32,000 nucleotides of DNA from Clostridia bacterium. GTDB taxonomy: Bacteria > Bacillota > Clostridia > Oscillospirales > Acutalibacteraceae. The notes beneath the pieces are model-generated. The model did not search any database, had not been told where the DNA came from, and saw only the letters and a program-made list of their open reading frames with translations. Position numbers and translations under genes: made by a program. Shown here one piece after another: positions 1-9,472 of the stretch (position 1 is its first letter; the number at the start of each line of letters is the position of its first letter). The stretch spans positions 95,858 to 127,857 of the forward strand of contig JAFQRY010000017.1 in assembly GCA_017409845.1 (NCBI GenBank), read 5' to 3'.

Positions 1-601
1 AATCCTTGAGAAGCTGAGTTTTTTCGGGCTCAACCTGAAATGTCCATGTTTTTCCGGGCAGAGGCTCTCCCCTCTCGCCGATTGTGAATTCGTTATTTAT
101 AAGGAACACGTCGCAGGCATTCAGGTAGTCAACAACCGCTTTATCAATGCAATTGAGCACTCCGCCCATTTCGTTGGCGTGCACCATCGGGCGGAAATCC
201 TTATCAAAAAGTATGTCGCCGACAAAGGCAACGCTGAATGTGCTCTTGCCGTTGTTGCCGCAATCCTTTATATTATCGGCATTCAGACTGCCCGAAAGCA
301 TATCTTTGATAACATGGTATGAATATCCCGTCAGCGAAAGCCATATTTTTTCATTATATGTGCCCGAATCAATGGAAGAAACAAGCTTTTCAGCAATGTT
401 TTCACCCATGCTCTCAAGGAATTGTGGGGTCATATCCAGACCGGAAGCATCAGAAATCTTAACAGAGGCGGAAGAATAATCAAAGCCTGCATCCGTTTCT
501 GTTGCAAGCGGAAGTATCACGGGATCTGCTTTGAAGGAACATGCAGACAGGCTGAAAATCAGCAAAACAGTTAATAATAGTTTATATGTTCTTTTAAACA
601 T
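1..601 (-). CDS. CapA/PGA_cap-type metallophosphatase-family lipoprotein (partial; C-terminus lies beyond window start)
   Basis: Absent from the ORF track because it runs off the window edge. Manual reverse translation from ATG 601-599 gives MFKRTYKLLLTVLLIFSLSAC (lipobox LSAC) ... STFSVAFVGDILFDKDFRP ... DVFLINNEFTIGERGEPLPGKTWTFQVEPEKTQLLKD, open to position 1. FVGD..D and NxE motifs are typical of CapA-like proteins. The start shares 1 nt with the upstream stop (TAATG). Confidence 0.75.
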   Translation of the reverse strand, partial: MFKRTYKLLLTVLLIFSLSACSFKADPVILPLATETDAGFDYSSASVKISDASGLDMTPQFLESMGENIAEKLVSSIDSGTYNEKIWLSLTGYSYHVIKDMLSGSLNADNIKDCGNNGKSTFSVAFVGDILFDKDFRPMVHANEMGGVLNCIDKAVVDYLNACDVFLINNEFTIGERGEPLPGKTWTFQVEPEKTQLLKD

Positions 602-1119
602 TAAAGTACACCCTCTAATTTGCTTCTGAGCTCAATGATATCGGCTATCTCCTCACTGACAGCCTTCATATATTCAAGCATTTTTTCGTCACGGACAAGA
701 TAAAGAGCTGCTTTTCTGACTTCTTTGATAAAGGAGCGGTCAAGCGGCATTTTTTCTTTTGCTATGGGACACATGGTTGCTCTCGGGTCATAGATAACCT
801 CAATTTTAACCTTGCCGTCAACCTCCTTAACGAGCGGAAAAAGAGGAAATATGCGACATGCAAGCGGTCTTTCCTCTCTGTTGCATTCACCTGAACAAAT
901 CACCATGGGATAACCGTAATTACCTTCGGTTTCACAGACTTCAAAACCTTCCTTGCCGATAAAAAGCTCTTCTTCTCCGGGGTAAAGCCACATGCCTTGA
1001 CAGTCACCGCGGCAGCAAAGGCCGTCACACAGTCTGCCGCAGTTATAAAATCCGAGCGGAGTTTTATGATATAAACGCTCATAGGCTTCACGCAGAGCGG
1101 AATTTTTTATTACATTCAT
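601..1119 (-). CDS. YkgJ/UPF0153-like cysteine-cluster protein (putative Zn/Fe-S binding)
   Basis: 172-aa ORF. CGRLCDGLCCRGDC plus further Cys residues resemble the YkgJ cysteine cluster. ATGA overlap with the upstream GH84 gene. Confidence 0.55.
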   Translation of the reverse strand: MNVIKNSALREAYERLYHKTPLGFYNCGRLCDGLCCRGDCQGMWLYPGEEELFIGKEGFEVCETEGNYGYPMVICSGECNREERPLACRIFPLFPLVKEVDGKVKIEVIYDPRATMCPIAKEKMPLDRSFIKEVRKAALYLVRDEKMLEYMKAVSEEIADIIELRSKLEGVL

Positions 1120-2777
1120 AATGTCTGCATCCTTTCTGCAAATGCCTGCAATGAAAAATCACATAATGTTTTGGGATGACTGAGATATTTTTTCAGAACA
1201 GACCTTGCATTTTCTCTGTTTTCATCGGAATTATCGCCGAGAAGAGAAAGAGAAGATTTGATAACCTCGAGGGCAATAACCTGCTTTTCAGCCCATGGTC
1301 TGAGCTCGGAAATCAAAGGAATATCAAGGGTTTCGAGTGCTTCACAGCATTTTTCAAGCTTCGCCGTGTATTCAGCCATCACGCCGAAAGCACCCATCAT
1401 ATTTCCTGCAAAGAGCATCTGCTGAGCATCATTGAGTGCCGCATTCATCATGGGCGAGTTTTCAACCTTAAGGCAGGAGGTCAGAAGGTTATCAAGGAAG
1501 GGCATGAGGGTTTCCTTATGCTCCCCGAGAACCGTTTCACACGCTTTCTGCCACGATTCAAAGCCGTCATAAGAAAGCGGATTCCAAAGATAATCGCACA
1601 CCGTCTGTAAAGGTATTATGCTTGACATGGGGTATTCCATAACATTTGAAATTATACCTTCGGAATATCGGAACAAATCCTTATCCCTGCCGTTTATATA
1701 GCCGATATGCATCTCGTTATACATTTCCGCATCATTTACGGGGAAGTTATCCCAGTAAAGAGGCTTGTGGTTGGTAGAATTTTCAAATATGATTGCTTCC
1801 TTGACAGTAAGCTCCTGCGAGCAGATATTCCTGCCCGTCCAGAAAAGGCTGACATCGGAGGGTATTCCCCTGCCGAGCTTTGAAATATAGTATTCTTCAC
1901 CCGTTCCGTGATAAACAAGAGGACACACGGTCAGACCGCATTCACCGTCAAGCTCTTTCAGGAATGCATAAAATTTATTGACAAGATAAACATGAGCGTT
2001 CACCGCTTCACCGTCAAAAGCCGCTTTATCTTCATCGAAATAAAGATTTTCGGGAATATCATCAACAAGCAGTCCGAAATTCTTCACTCCGACCATGTAA
2101 AGCTGTTTAACTTTACAACAAAGCTTATCAAAATCTTCTTCGGAAGAATATTTCATGCTGAGACCGGGAGCGATGCAATAATGAAAATCAACAAAATTTT
2201 CACGGCACAGCTCTGAAATTTCAGAAAGCTGCGAGAGTTCATTTTCGGGATATAATTCATCCCATTTATCTCTGTGATAAGGGTCATCCTTCGGGGCATA
2301 ATAGTATGTGTTCATGCCGCTCAGTGCCATTTTTTCTATCATAAATCTGCGCACGTCATGCGGCCACGGATTGCCGTAAAACCCTTCTATATAGCCCCTT
2401 TTGGCAAATAAAGGATAATCCTCTGCCATTCCGACGGGGAAGCTTGAAGCATTGCTCATTCGCACGATTGAAGCAAAAGCTCTGTAAAGGGATTTTTTAC
2501 CCGATACGGTAACGGTAAGCTTCATTCCGTCTTCGTATTTTTCACCCGTAATAAAGTATTTTTCGTCGGTAATTCGGTATGCTTCTTCTGTGTATTCCGT
2601 TCTTCTTGTGTTTTCTTTGACGATATCAATGTAAAGTGTTTCACCTTTACGCTCGGTGAGGATTTTTTTGCTCAGTTCAGCGGCATAATCGCTTTCAAAT
2701 CCGTTGACAACAGCCTTGCAGGGCAGAAAATTCACCCATTCGGTAATGCTGCTCTTCTGAAATGCAGGATAAATCAT
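1116..2777 (-). CDS. GH84 beta-N-acetylglucosaminidase (O-GlcNAcase-like), apparently cytoplasmic
   Basis: 553 aa. GH84-like motifs are GFYGNPW, YYAPKDDPYHR and the Asp-Asp pair in LLVDDIP. The N-terminus MIYPAFQKSSITEW has no signal peptide. ATGA overlap with the SIS gene. Confidence 0.85.
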   Translation of the reverse strand: MIYPAFQKSSITEWVNFLPCKAVVNGFESDYAAELSKKILTERKGETLYIDIVKENTRRTEYTEEAYRITDEKYFITGEKYEDGMKLTVTVSGKKSLYRAFASIVRMSNASSFPVGMAEDYPLFAKRGYIEGFYGNPWPHDVRRFMIEKMALSGMNTYYYAPKDDPYHRDKWDELYPENELSQLSEISELCRENFVDFHYCIAPGLSMKYSSEEDFDKLCCKVKQLYMVGVKNFGLLVDDIPENLYFDEDKAAFDGEAVNAHVYLVNKFYAFLKELDGECGLTVCPLVYHGTGEEYYISKLGRGIPSDVSLFWTGRNICSQELTVKEAIIFENSTNHKPLYWDNFPVNDAEMYNEMHIGYINGRDKDLFRYSEGIISNVMEYPMSSIIPLQTVCDYLWNPLSYDGFESWQKACETVLGEHKETLMPFLDNLLTSCLKVENSPMMNAALNDAQQMLFAGNMMGAFGVMAEYTAKLEKCCEALETLDIPLISELRPWAEKQVIALEVIKSSLSLLGDNSDENRENARSVLKKYLSHPKTLCDFSLQAFAERMQTL

Positions 2778-3511
2778 AATGCCTTAATCTCCCCGCTGTA
2801 TTTTTTGATGAATGCCTCATTGATCTCGTCGCCGCCGTCAACGTTGCTGCTTGAGAACACCTCAGGCATATATCCATCATCAACCATGATTTCAACCGCC
2901 CTTGCTTCGATTGCATTGAGAATTGCCGCTCCCGCCGCTGTTGAGGTCGGAGCAACATTCCTGCCGATTTTTTCAATAGTCATTGAAGCGTCGCCGATAC
3001 AGCCGCAGTTATCAATAACAATGTCTCCTGCTTCATAGAGCTTTTTGCCGCTTGAATGGCGGGATTTGCCCTGCATTGTATGAAGCATATTTGTTATAAC
3101 AACGGTTTTAACGCCTCTTTCTTTTGCGATAAGAGCAAGGTCAATCGCAACACCGTTTCTTCCCGAATTTGAGAAAAGGAAAAGAACATCCTTCTCTTTT
3201 ATATTGTTAAAGTCAAAAATTATTTCGCCGTAGCCCTCAAGTCTTTCGAGAGCAGTGCTTTTTGATGCACTTTCGTGCAGCATGAGCCCCGATTCAAGAA
3301 TGGGATTGACATTGACCAAACCACCCGCACGGTAAAATATTTCTTCTGCGAGCATATGGGAGTGACCTGTTCCGAACGCATGAATTCTTCCGCCGTTTTC
3401 GAGGCAGTCCGCCACCGCTCTTGCGGCATTCTCTATATTACCAAGCTGCTCCGTCATTATGCGGCTCATTATTCTCTGAATATTTTCAAAATATTCAACT
3501 GCTTTTGACAT
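2774..3511 (-). CDS. SIS-domain sugar-phosphate isomerase/binding protein (UPF0309-like)
   Basis: 245 aa. IHAFGTGHSHMLAEE and FLFSNSGRNGV resemble SIS-domain motifs. GGAGGG RBS at 3518-3523 (minus). Confidence 0.8.
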   Translation of the reverse strand: MSKAVEYFENIQRIMSRIMTEQLGNIENAARAVADCLENGGRIHAFGTGHSHMLAEEIFYRAGGLVNVNPILESGLMLHESASKSTALERLEGYGEIIFDFNNIKEKDVLFLFSNSGRNGVAIDLALIAKERGVKTVVITNMLHTMQGKSRHSSGKKLYEAGDIVIDNCGCIGDASMTIEKIGRNVAPTSTAAGAAILNAIEARAVEIMVDDGYMPEVFSSSNVDGGDEINEAFIKKYSGEIKAL

Positions 3512-3540
3512 GGAAATCCCTCCGAAGTTTTATTTCTTCT

Positions 3541-3569
3541 ATTCTAATATCTCTGCGTTAAAATATCAA
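3541..3569 (-). promoter_or_regulatory. candidate sigma-A promoter of the SIS-GH84-YkgJ-CapA operon
   Basis: On the minus strand: TTGATA (3569-3564), 17-nt spacer, TAGAAT (3546-3541). Confidence 0.4.
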
Positions 3570-3644
3570 GTTTTTTATAAAATTACTTTATTTTTCTTTT
3601 TTACTGTGTTATACTGATATCAATTTAAAATGAGGTGTACCCAT

Positions 3645-5078
3645 ATGAAACGACAAAGCGGCATTCTGATGCATATTTCTTCTCTTTACGGCGATTATTC
3701 AATCGGCAATTTCGGAAAAAATGCATTGGAATTCATTGATTTTATCAAAGAAAACGGTTTTTCGGTGTGGCAGGTGTTGCCCTTCACCGTTACCGATGAA
3801 TACAATTCTCCATACAAATCCTTTTCGGCGTTCGGCGGAAATCCTTATTTCGTTGACCCCGAAAAGCTTTTTGAGGACGGACTTATTTCAAGAGCAGACC
3901 TTGAAGCCTGCAGACAAAAGGCCCCGTATTCCGCAGAATTCAAAAGACTTGCCGAAGAAAGAATCCCCCTTCTGCGCAAGGCATACAAAAATGTCAGGGA
4001 TACTTCGGATATTGATGCTTTTATTGAAAAGCATCCGAGAATCGAAGCCTTCTGCCGTTTTATGACCCTTCGTGAGCAAAACGGGCTCACACCCTGGCAG
4101 GAATGGAAATCCGATGAAATAACAGACACCGAAACTCTCGGCATGTGGAAATTCATTCAGTATGAATTCTTTACTCAGTGGAAAAAGGTCAAGGATTACG
4201 CAAATTCAAAGGGAATAAGCATAATCGGTGATATTCCCATCTATGTTTCGGATGACAGCTGTGACGTTTGGGAAAACAGAAATCTGTTTCAGCTCAACGA
4301 AAAAGGATATCCCTCAAGAGTTGCGGGAGTTCCGCCCGATTACTTTGCGGAAGACGGTCAGCTCTGGGGCAATCCGCTCTACGACTGGGATGAGCTGAAA
4401 AAAGACGGCTTCGGCTGGTGGAAAGAAAGAATGGATCACGCTCTTGAAATGTTTGACGGCGTGAGAATCGACCATTTCAGAGCGATCGAGGCTTACTGGT
4501 CAGTTGATGCTTCCGAAAAAACAGCAAAAAACGGAAAATGGATAAAGGGTCCCGGAATTGATCTTGTGAATGCCATAAAAGCAGGCCACGAGGATAAGCT
4601 TATCATTGCAGAGGATCTCGGTGATATAACAAACGAGGTGCGTGCTCTTGTTGAAGAAAGCGGCTTCCCGGGAATGAGAGTTTTCCAGTTCGGCTTCCTC
4701 GATGACGGAAACAGCATTCATATGCCGCATAACTATATAAAAAATTCCGTTGCCTATTCGGGCACACACGATAACAACACTATTTTCGGATTCCTTTGGG
4801 AAAGCGACGATGACACACGCAAAAGAGCACTTGATTATTGCGGATTTGCAGGCGGTGACTGGGGCGGAGCATCTCCCCTCTTCCTGAGAGCAATCTTCGC
4901 AAGCGTCAGCGACCTTGTTGTTATTCCGATTCAGGATTTTCTCATGTACGGTTCGGATACAAGAATCAATACTCCCGGCGTTGCAGACGGCAACTGGAGC
5001 TACAGAGTAACAAAAGAACAGCTTTCAAACGCTGACAAGAAATTTTTCAAATCACTCAACAGAATTTACAAGAGGTAA
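3645..5078 (+). CDS. malQ: 4-alpha-glucanotransferase (amylomaltase, GH77)
   Basis: RQSGILMHISSLYGDYSIGNFG..A..FIDF....GFSVWQVLP is the classic MalQ N-terminus. The ATG at 3645 is preferred over the track start 3630 because GAGGTG (3633-3638) lies 6 nt upstream of it. Confidence 0.9.
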   Translation: MKRQSGILMHISSLYGDYSIGNFGKNALEFIDFIKENGFSVWQVLPFTVTDEYNSPYKSFSAFGGNPYFVDPEKLFEDGLISRADLEACRQKAPYSAEFKRLAEERIPLLRKAYKNVRDTSDIDAFIEKHPRIEAFCRFMTLREQNGLTPWQEWKSDEITDTETLGMWKFIQYEFFTQWKKVKDYANSKGISIIGDIPIYVSDDSCDVWENRNLFQLNEKGYPSRVAGVPPDYFAEDGQLWGNPLYDWDELKKDGFGWWKERMDHALEMFDGVRIDHFRAIEAYWSVDASEKTAKNGKWIKGPGIDLVNAIKAGHEDKLIIAEDLGDITNEVRALVEESGFPGMRVFQFGFLDDGNSIHMPHNYIKNSVAYSGTHDNNTIFGFLWESDDDTRKRALDYCGFAGGDWGGASPLFLRAIFASVSDLVVIPIQDFLMYGSDTRINTPGVADGNWSYRVTKEQLSNADKKFFKSLNRIYKR

Positions 5079-5080
5079 AA

Positions 5081-6346
5081 ATGGAACTGAAAAGATTTTT
5101 TGATATAAGCGAAAGAATAAAAATTGCGAGCGATGCCGCTCTTGAAAAAGCAAAAGCAAAATTTGATGAAATTGACGATATAACAGAATATAATCAGCAG
5201 AAGGTGCTTTCCGCATTCATCGAAAACAGAGTAAGCGACACCGATTTTGCAGGCTCAACGGGCTACGGCTACGGCGACACGGGCAGAGAAAAGCTTGACA
5301 GAATTTATGCCGACATTTTCGGTGCAGAGGATGCGATAGTCCGTCACAGCTTCACCTGCGGCACTCACACTCTTGCCGTTGCTCTTTTCGGAATTCTCAG
5401 ACCCGGTGACACCATGCTCTGCGTTACGGGAACACCCTATGACACAATTCACAGCGTTATCGGCATAAGCGGAGAGGGCATGGGTTCACTCAGGGATTTC
5501 GGAGTGAATTACGCTCAGGTTGACCTTGACAAAGACGGCAGACCCGATATGGCAGCTATTGAAAAGGCTCTTGAAATGAAGCCGAAGATGGTTTATATTC
5601 AGCGTTCGAGAGGCTACAGTCTGCGTCCGAGTCTTTCGGTTGCAGAAATCGGAGAAATCGCGGAGCTTGTTCATTCTAAATGCGATGCGGTTGTTATGGT
5701 TGACAACTGCTACGGTGAGCTTGTTGAAAAAACAGAGCCTACCGAGGTCGGTGCAGACCTCATGGCAGGCTCTCTCATAAAAAATGCAGGCGGCTCGATT
5801 GCAAGAACGGGCGGCTACATAGCAGGCAGAAAAGAGCTTGTTGAGCTTTGCGCATACAGAGCAACAACTCCCGGACTCGGTAAAGAGGTCGGCTGCACTC
5901 TCGGCGAAAACAGAAATATGTTCATGGGTATTTTCCACGCTCCGCATGTTGTGGGAGAATCTCTCAAAGCTGCTGTTTTTGCGGCATCACTCTTTGAAAA
6001 TCTCGGTTTTAATGTCACTCCTACGAGCGATGAAAGCCGTCACGATATTATTCAGGCTCTCTGCCTTGAAAATTCAGAAAGACTCGTTGAATTCTGCAGA
6101 GGAATTCAGAGCGGTGCACCCGTTGATTCTTATGTAACTCCCGAGCCGTGGGATATGCCGGGCTACGACAGCAAGGTTATCATGGCGGCAGGTGCGTTCA
6201 TCCTCGGCTCATCAATCGAGCTTTCGGCGGATGCTCCCCTGCGCGAGCCCTATGCGGTATGGATGCAGGGAGGCATCAACTTCCATTCGGCCAAGGTTGC
6301 AATCATGCTTGCCGCCGAGGGTCTCGCAAAGAAAGGGCTGATATGA
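5081..6346 (+). CDS. PLP-dependent methionine gamma-lyase-family / aluminium-resistance (YnbB-like) protein
   Basis: 421 aa. The N-terminal region (..QKVLSAF...VSDTDFAGSTGYGYGDTGREKLD.IYA.IFGAEDA) is characteristic of this family. AGAGG RBS; only 2 nt separate it from the malQ stop. Confidence 0.75.
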   Translation: MELKRFFDISERIKIASDAALEKAKAKFDEIDDITEYNQQKVLSAFIENRVSDTDFAGSTGYGYGDTGREKLDRIYADIFGAEDAIVRHSFTCGTHTLAVALFGILRPGDTMLCVTGTPYDTIHSVIGISGEGMGSLRDFGVNYAQVDLDKDGRPDMAAIEKALEMKPKMVYIQRSRGYSLRPSLSVAEIGEIAELVHSKCDAVVMVDNCYGELVEKTEPTEVGADLMAGSLIKNAGGSIARTGGYIAGRKELVELCAYRATTPGLGKEVGCTLGENRNMFMGIFHAPHVVGESLKAAVFAASLFENLGFNVTPTSDESRHDIIQALCLENSERLVEFCRGIQSGAPVDSYVTPEPWDMPGYDSKVIMAAGAFILGSSIELSADAPLREPYAVWMQGGINFHSAKVAIMLAAEGLAKKGLI

Positions 6347-7029
6347 TGGAATACAAAGGAATAACCCGTGATGCCCTGTTTCTTCTGGCAGACAACCGAT
6401 TCAGGGATTCAAAGGCTTTTTACGAAGAGCATAAAGAAGAAATAAAAAGTAATGTTACCGTTCCCATGCGTCAGATTGCAGGCATTATCGGTGAAGAGCT
6501 TTCGGCAATCGACCCTCTTATGAATACCATTCCCACAAAAATGGTTTCGAGAGTACGCCGTGACACACGCTACACCAAGGATAAAAGCCTTTACCGCGAA
6601 AATATGTGGATAATGTTCATGCGGCCCAAGCGTGAGTGGGTCGGCTATCCCTGCATGTGGTTTGAGGTTACTCCCCGTGAATATTCAATGGGTGTCGGCT
6701 TTTACGGCGATGAACCCGGTCTGCTTGAAACGTTCAGAAAAAACCTTCGTGAAAGACCGGATGAATTTAAAAAAGCGGCGGATTCATGCAAAAAAGCGGG
6801 TTCGTATTTCTTCAAAAGACAATATAAAAGACCCTTCCCCGACTGCCCCGAGGGGCTTGAAGAATACTACAATGCAAAGGATGTGGGCTTCATCTCCTTT
6901 TCGGGCGATCTTGACGACCTTAAAGACGAAAAGATAATCGAAATATTAAGGGGAATATATAAATTATACACTCCTATGTATAAATTCCTTCTCAGCGTAT
7001 CCGATGAATACTTCTCGAAAGGTGAGTAA
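6343..7029 (+). CDS. DUF2461 (TIGR02453) family protein
   Basis: MMEYKGITRDALFLLADNRFRDSKAFYEEHKEEIK matches the DUF2461 N-terminal pattern. The ATG at 6343 overlaps the upstream stop (ATGA). The track start at 6148 lies inside the previous gene. Confidence 0.7.
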   Translation: MMEYKGITRDALFLLADNRFRDSKAFYEEHKEEIKSNVTVPMRQIAGIIGEELSAIDPLMNTIPTKMVSRVRRDTRYTKDKSLYRENMWIMFMRPKREWVGYPCMWFEVTPREYSMGVGFYGDEPGLLETFRKNLRERPDEFKKAADSCKKAGSYFFKRQYKRPFPDCPEGLEEYYNAKDVGFISFSGDLDDLKDEKIIEILRGIYKLYTPMYKFLLSVSDEYFSKGE

Positions 7030-7032
7030 TAT

Positions 7033-8550
7033 ATGGATTATTCAAAATTCAAAAGCGGCAGCGACATAAGAGGCTATGCTCTCGGTAATGAAACAAATCC
7101 GCTTTTTATGAGTGATGAAATGGTCATGCGTTCCGCATCGGCATTTGCGGCATGGCTGAAAAAAAGATGCGGCAAGGAGAATCTTTTTGTTTCTGTAGGA
7201 CACGACAGCCGTCTTTCCGCAGAAAGAATAAAAAACGCCGTTATCAAAGCCCTTACATCAAACGGTGTTTCTGTTGCCGACTGCGGACTTTCTTCCACAC
7301 CGGCAATGTTTATGACAACGGTTGAGATGAGCTGCGACGGTGCGGTGCAGATAACTGCAAGCCATCATCCCAAAGACAGAAACGGACTTAAATTCTTTAC
7401 CCGTGACGGCGGACTTGACGGCTCGGATATTGCGGATATTCTTGCTTGTGCAGGAGAAATGCAGTCACCGCTCGGAAACGGCAGCGGAAAATGCGAAAAG
7501 TATGATTTCATGGCAAGGTATGCCGAAATTCACAGAAACATGATAATCGAAGGCGTTGACGACAAAAACGACCGTGAGCATCCGCTGAGCGGAATGAAAA
7601 TTGTTGTTGATGGCGGCAACGGAGTCGGCGGATTTTATGCAAAAGATGTTCTTGCTCCTCTCGGTGCGGATGTTTCCGACAGCATTTATCTTGATCCTGA
7701 CGGCAATTTCCCCAATCATGCACCCAACCCCGAAAATGCACAGGCTATGGATTGCGTGTCAAAGGCAACAATTGAAGCAAATGCCGATTTCGGAGTTATC
7801 TTTGATACCGATGTTGACAGAGCTGCATGCGTAGGTAAGGGCGGATTTGAAATCAACAGAAACCGTCTTGTGGCTCTTGCTTCAAAAATCGCACTCACCT
7901 CCTGCCCCGGCGGAACGATTGTTACCGACAGCGTAACATCCGACGGACTTGCGGAATTTATTGACGCAAACGGCGGAAAGCATCTCCGCTTCAAAAGAGG
8001 CTACAGAAATGTTATCAACAAGCAGATTGAGCTTTGCAAAAACGGAATTGACTGCCCTCTTGCAATGGAAACCTCGGGTCATGCCGCTTTTGCGGAAAAC
8101 TATTTTCTTGATGACGGTGCATATCTGATAACAAAGCTCATCATTGAAGCCGCCGCACTTTCAAAGCAGGGCTCAAGCCTTGAAGAGCTTATCGGAAGGC
8201 TTCGCGAGGCAAAGGAAGAAAAAGAGCTGAGATTCAGAATTCTCTGTGACGATTTTCGTCCCGAGGGAGAAAAAATCATTGCTCTTTTTGAAAAAGCGGC
8301 TGCAGAGAAAAACGGCTGGACAGCCTGCACCGACAATCACGAGGGAATCCGCATCAATGCCGATTCTTCGTGCGGCAACGGTTGGTTTCTTATCCGTCTG
8401 AGCGTTCACGACCCGATTATCGTTCTCAACTCCGAAAGCGATGAGGAAGGCGGCACTCTCAAGATGTGCAAGGATATTTTTAAGGTTGTTTCAGGTGCCG
8501 AAAACATTGATAAGCTTGATATTTCGGCACTTGCGGAATATACAAAATAA
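7033..8550 (+). CDS. phosphohexomutase (phosphoglucomutase/phosphomannomutase family)
   Basis: 505 aa. Phosphoserine loop ITASHHP, metal loop FDTDVDRA, sugar loop METSGH. AAGGTGAG RBS. Confidence 0.85.
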   Translation: MDYSKFKSGSDIRGYALGNETNPLFMSDEMVMRSASAFAAWLKKRCGKENLFVSVGHDSRLSAERIKNAVIKALTSNGVSVADCGLSSTPAMFMTTVEMSCDGAVQITASHHPKDRNGLKFFTRDGGLDGSDIADILACAGEMQSPLGNGSGKCEKYDFMARYAEIHRNMIIEGVDDKNDREHPLSGMKIVVDGGNGVGGFYAKDVLAPLGADVSDSIYLDPDGNFPNHAPNPENAQAMDCVSKATIEANADFGVIFDTDVDRAACVGKGGFEINRNRLVALASKIALTSCPGGTIVTDSVTSDGLAEFIDANGGKHLRFKRGYRNVINKQIELCKNGIDCPLAMETSGHAAFAENYFLDDGAYLITKLIIEAAALSKQGSSLEELIGRLREAKEEKELRFRILCDDFRPEGEKIIALFEKAAAEKNGWTACTDNHEGIRINADSSCGNGWFLIRLSVHDPIIVLNSESDEEGGTLKMCKDIFKVVSGAENIDKLDISALAEYTK

Positions 8551-8563
8551 GGAGAGATAAAAA

Positions 8564-9460
8564 ATGATTGACAAAATTATCAGTGCATTTTTTGCGGTTG
8601 TTACGGCGGTTATGATGCTTTTTTATACCCCGACTCCCGTAACGGTTGTCAGCCCCGAAAAAGTTCCCGAGGCAAAAATCACACAGGACATAACCGTTAT
8701 GAGCTATAATGTTTATATCAAGGGCTCAGGCGAAAAGTCACCCGAAAACAGAACCCCGCTTGTTGCGGAAAACATAAAAAAATACTCCCCCGATTCATTC
8801 GGCCTTCAGGAGGCTGACGAGGGCTGGATGGAAAGACTTCCCGCAATAATGACAGACTATGCTTATGTCGGCATCGGCAGAGATTCAGATGAGGGTGGCG
8901 GAGAGGCAAGTCCGATTTTTTACAAAAAAGACAAATATGAGTTGATTAATTCGGGTACATTCTGGCTTTCAAAAACTCCCGAAAAGGCTTCGAGAGGCTG
9001 GGATGCAATGTTCAAGAGAGTCTGCACCTTTGCAATTCTCAAGGATAAGCAGACGGGCTTCACATACGCTCATTTCAATGCACATTTTGACCATCTCGGC
9101 GTTATTGCAAGGCTTGAATCCGTTGCTGTTGTTGCAGCAAAGATAGCTGAAATCGCCCCCGGACTTCCCGTTGTTTTCTCGGGCGACCTCAACGATTATG
9201 AAGGCGGCGATATGTATAACAGAGTGCTTGAAAGCGGTCTTAAGGACACAAAATATCTTGCAGAAACCGTAAGCGGCGGAAACGTTACATATCACGGATA
9301 TTCCGAACTTGTTGAAAAGGCTGCACCCATTGATTTCATTTTCACAAATGCTCTTTCAACAAAGGTTCAGAGCTATGCGGTTGTCAGCGAAGAAATCAAC
9401 GGAATTTACGCATCCGACCATCATCCCGTAGTTGCAACCATGACCATGATTAACGGATAA
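8564..9460 (+). CDS. endonuclease/exonuclease/phosphatase (EEP) family protein, paralog 1, N-terminal signal/anchor
   Basis: 298 aa. Hydrophobic N-terminus IISAFFAVVTAVMMLF. Motifs SYNV, FGLQE, HFN.H.DH, SGDLN and C-terminal SDHHPV are typical EEP catalytic motifs. Confidence 0.8.
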   Translation: MIDKIISAFFAVVTAVMMLFYTPTPVTVVSPEKVPEAKITQDITVMSYNVYIKGSGEKSPENRTPLVAENIKKYSPDSFGLQEADEGWMERLPAIMTDYAYVGIGRDSDEGGGEASPIFYKKDKYELINSGTFWLSKTPEKASRGWDAMFKRVCTFAILKDKQTGFTYAHFNAHFDHLGVIARLESVAVVAAKIAEIAPGLPVVFSGDLNDYEGGDMYNRVLESGLKDTKYLAETVSGGNVTYHGYSELVEKAAPIDFIFTNALSTKVQSYAVVSEEINGIYASDHHPVVATMTMING

Positions 9461-9472
9461 GGAGATATAATT

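Noticed and set aside
147-479. 110-aa plus-strand ORF in the track
   Set aside because: It lies antisense to a clearly coding minus-strand CapA-like gene that is open from 601 to the window edge. It has no RBS and a low-complexity product, so it is a shadow ORF. The same reasoning applies to most short ORFs nested in or antisense to the large genes (e.g. 900-1091, 1176-1610, 1908-2216, 2805-3038, 3845-4156, 5486-5947, 7465-7994, 8969-9295, 10721-11218, 11870-12328, 14174-14431, 17117-17569, 22677-23102, 25798-26112, 27301-27618, 30385-30645, 31380-31990).
6148-6342. Upstream extension of the DUF2461 ORF (track start 6148)
   Set aside because: The extension lies entirely inside the preceding PLP-enzyme gene in another frame. 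The family-typical N-terminus begins at the ATG at 6343, which overlaps the upstream stop.
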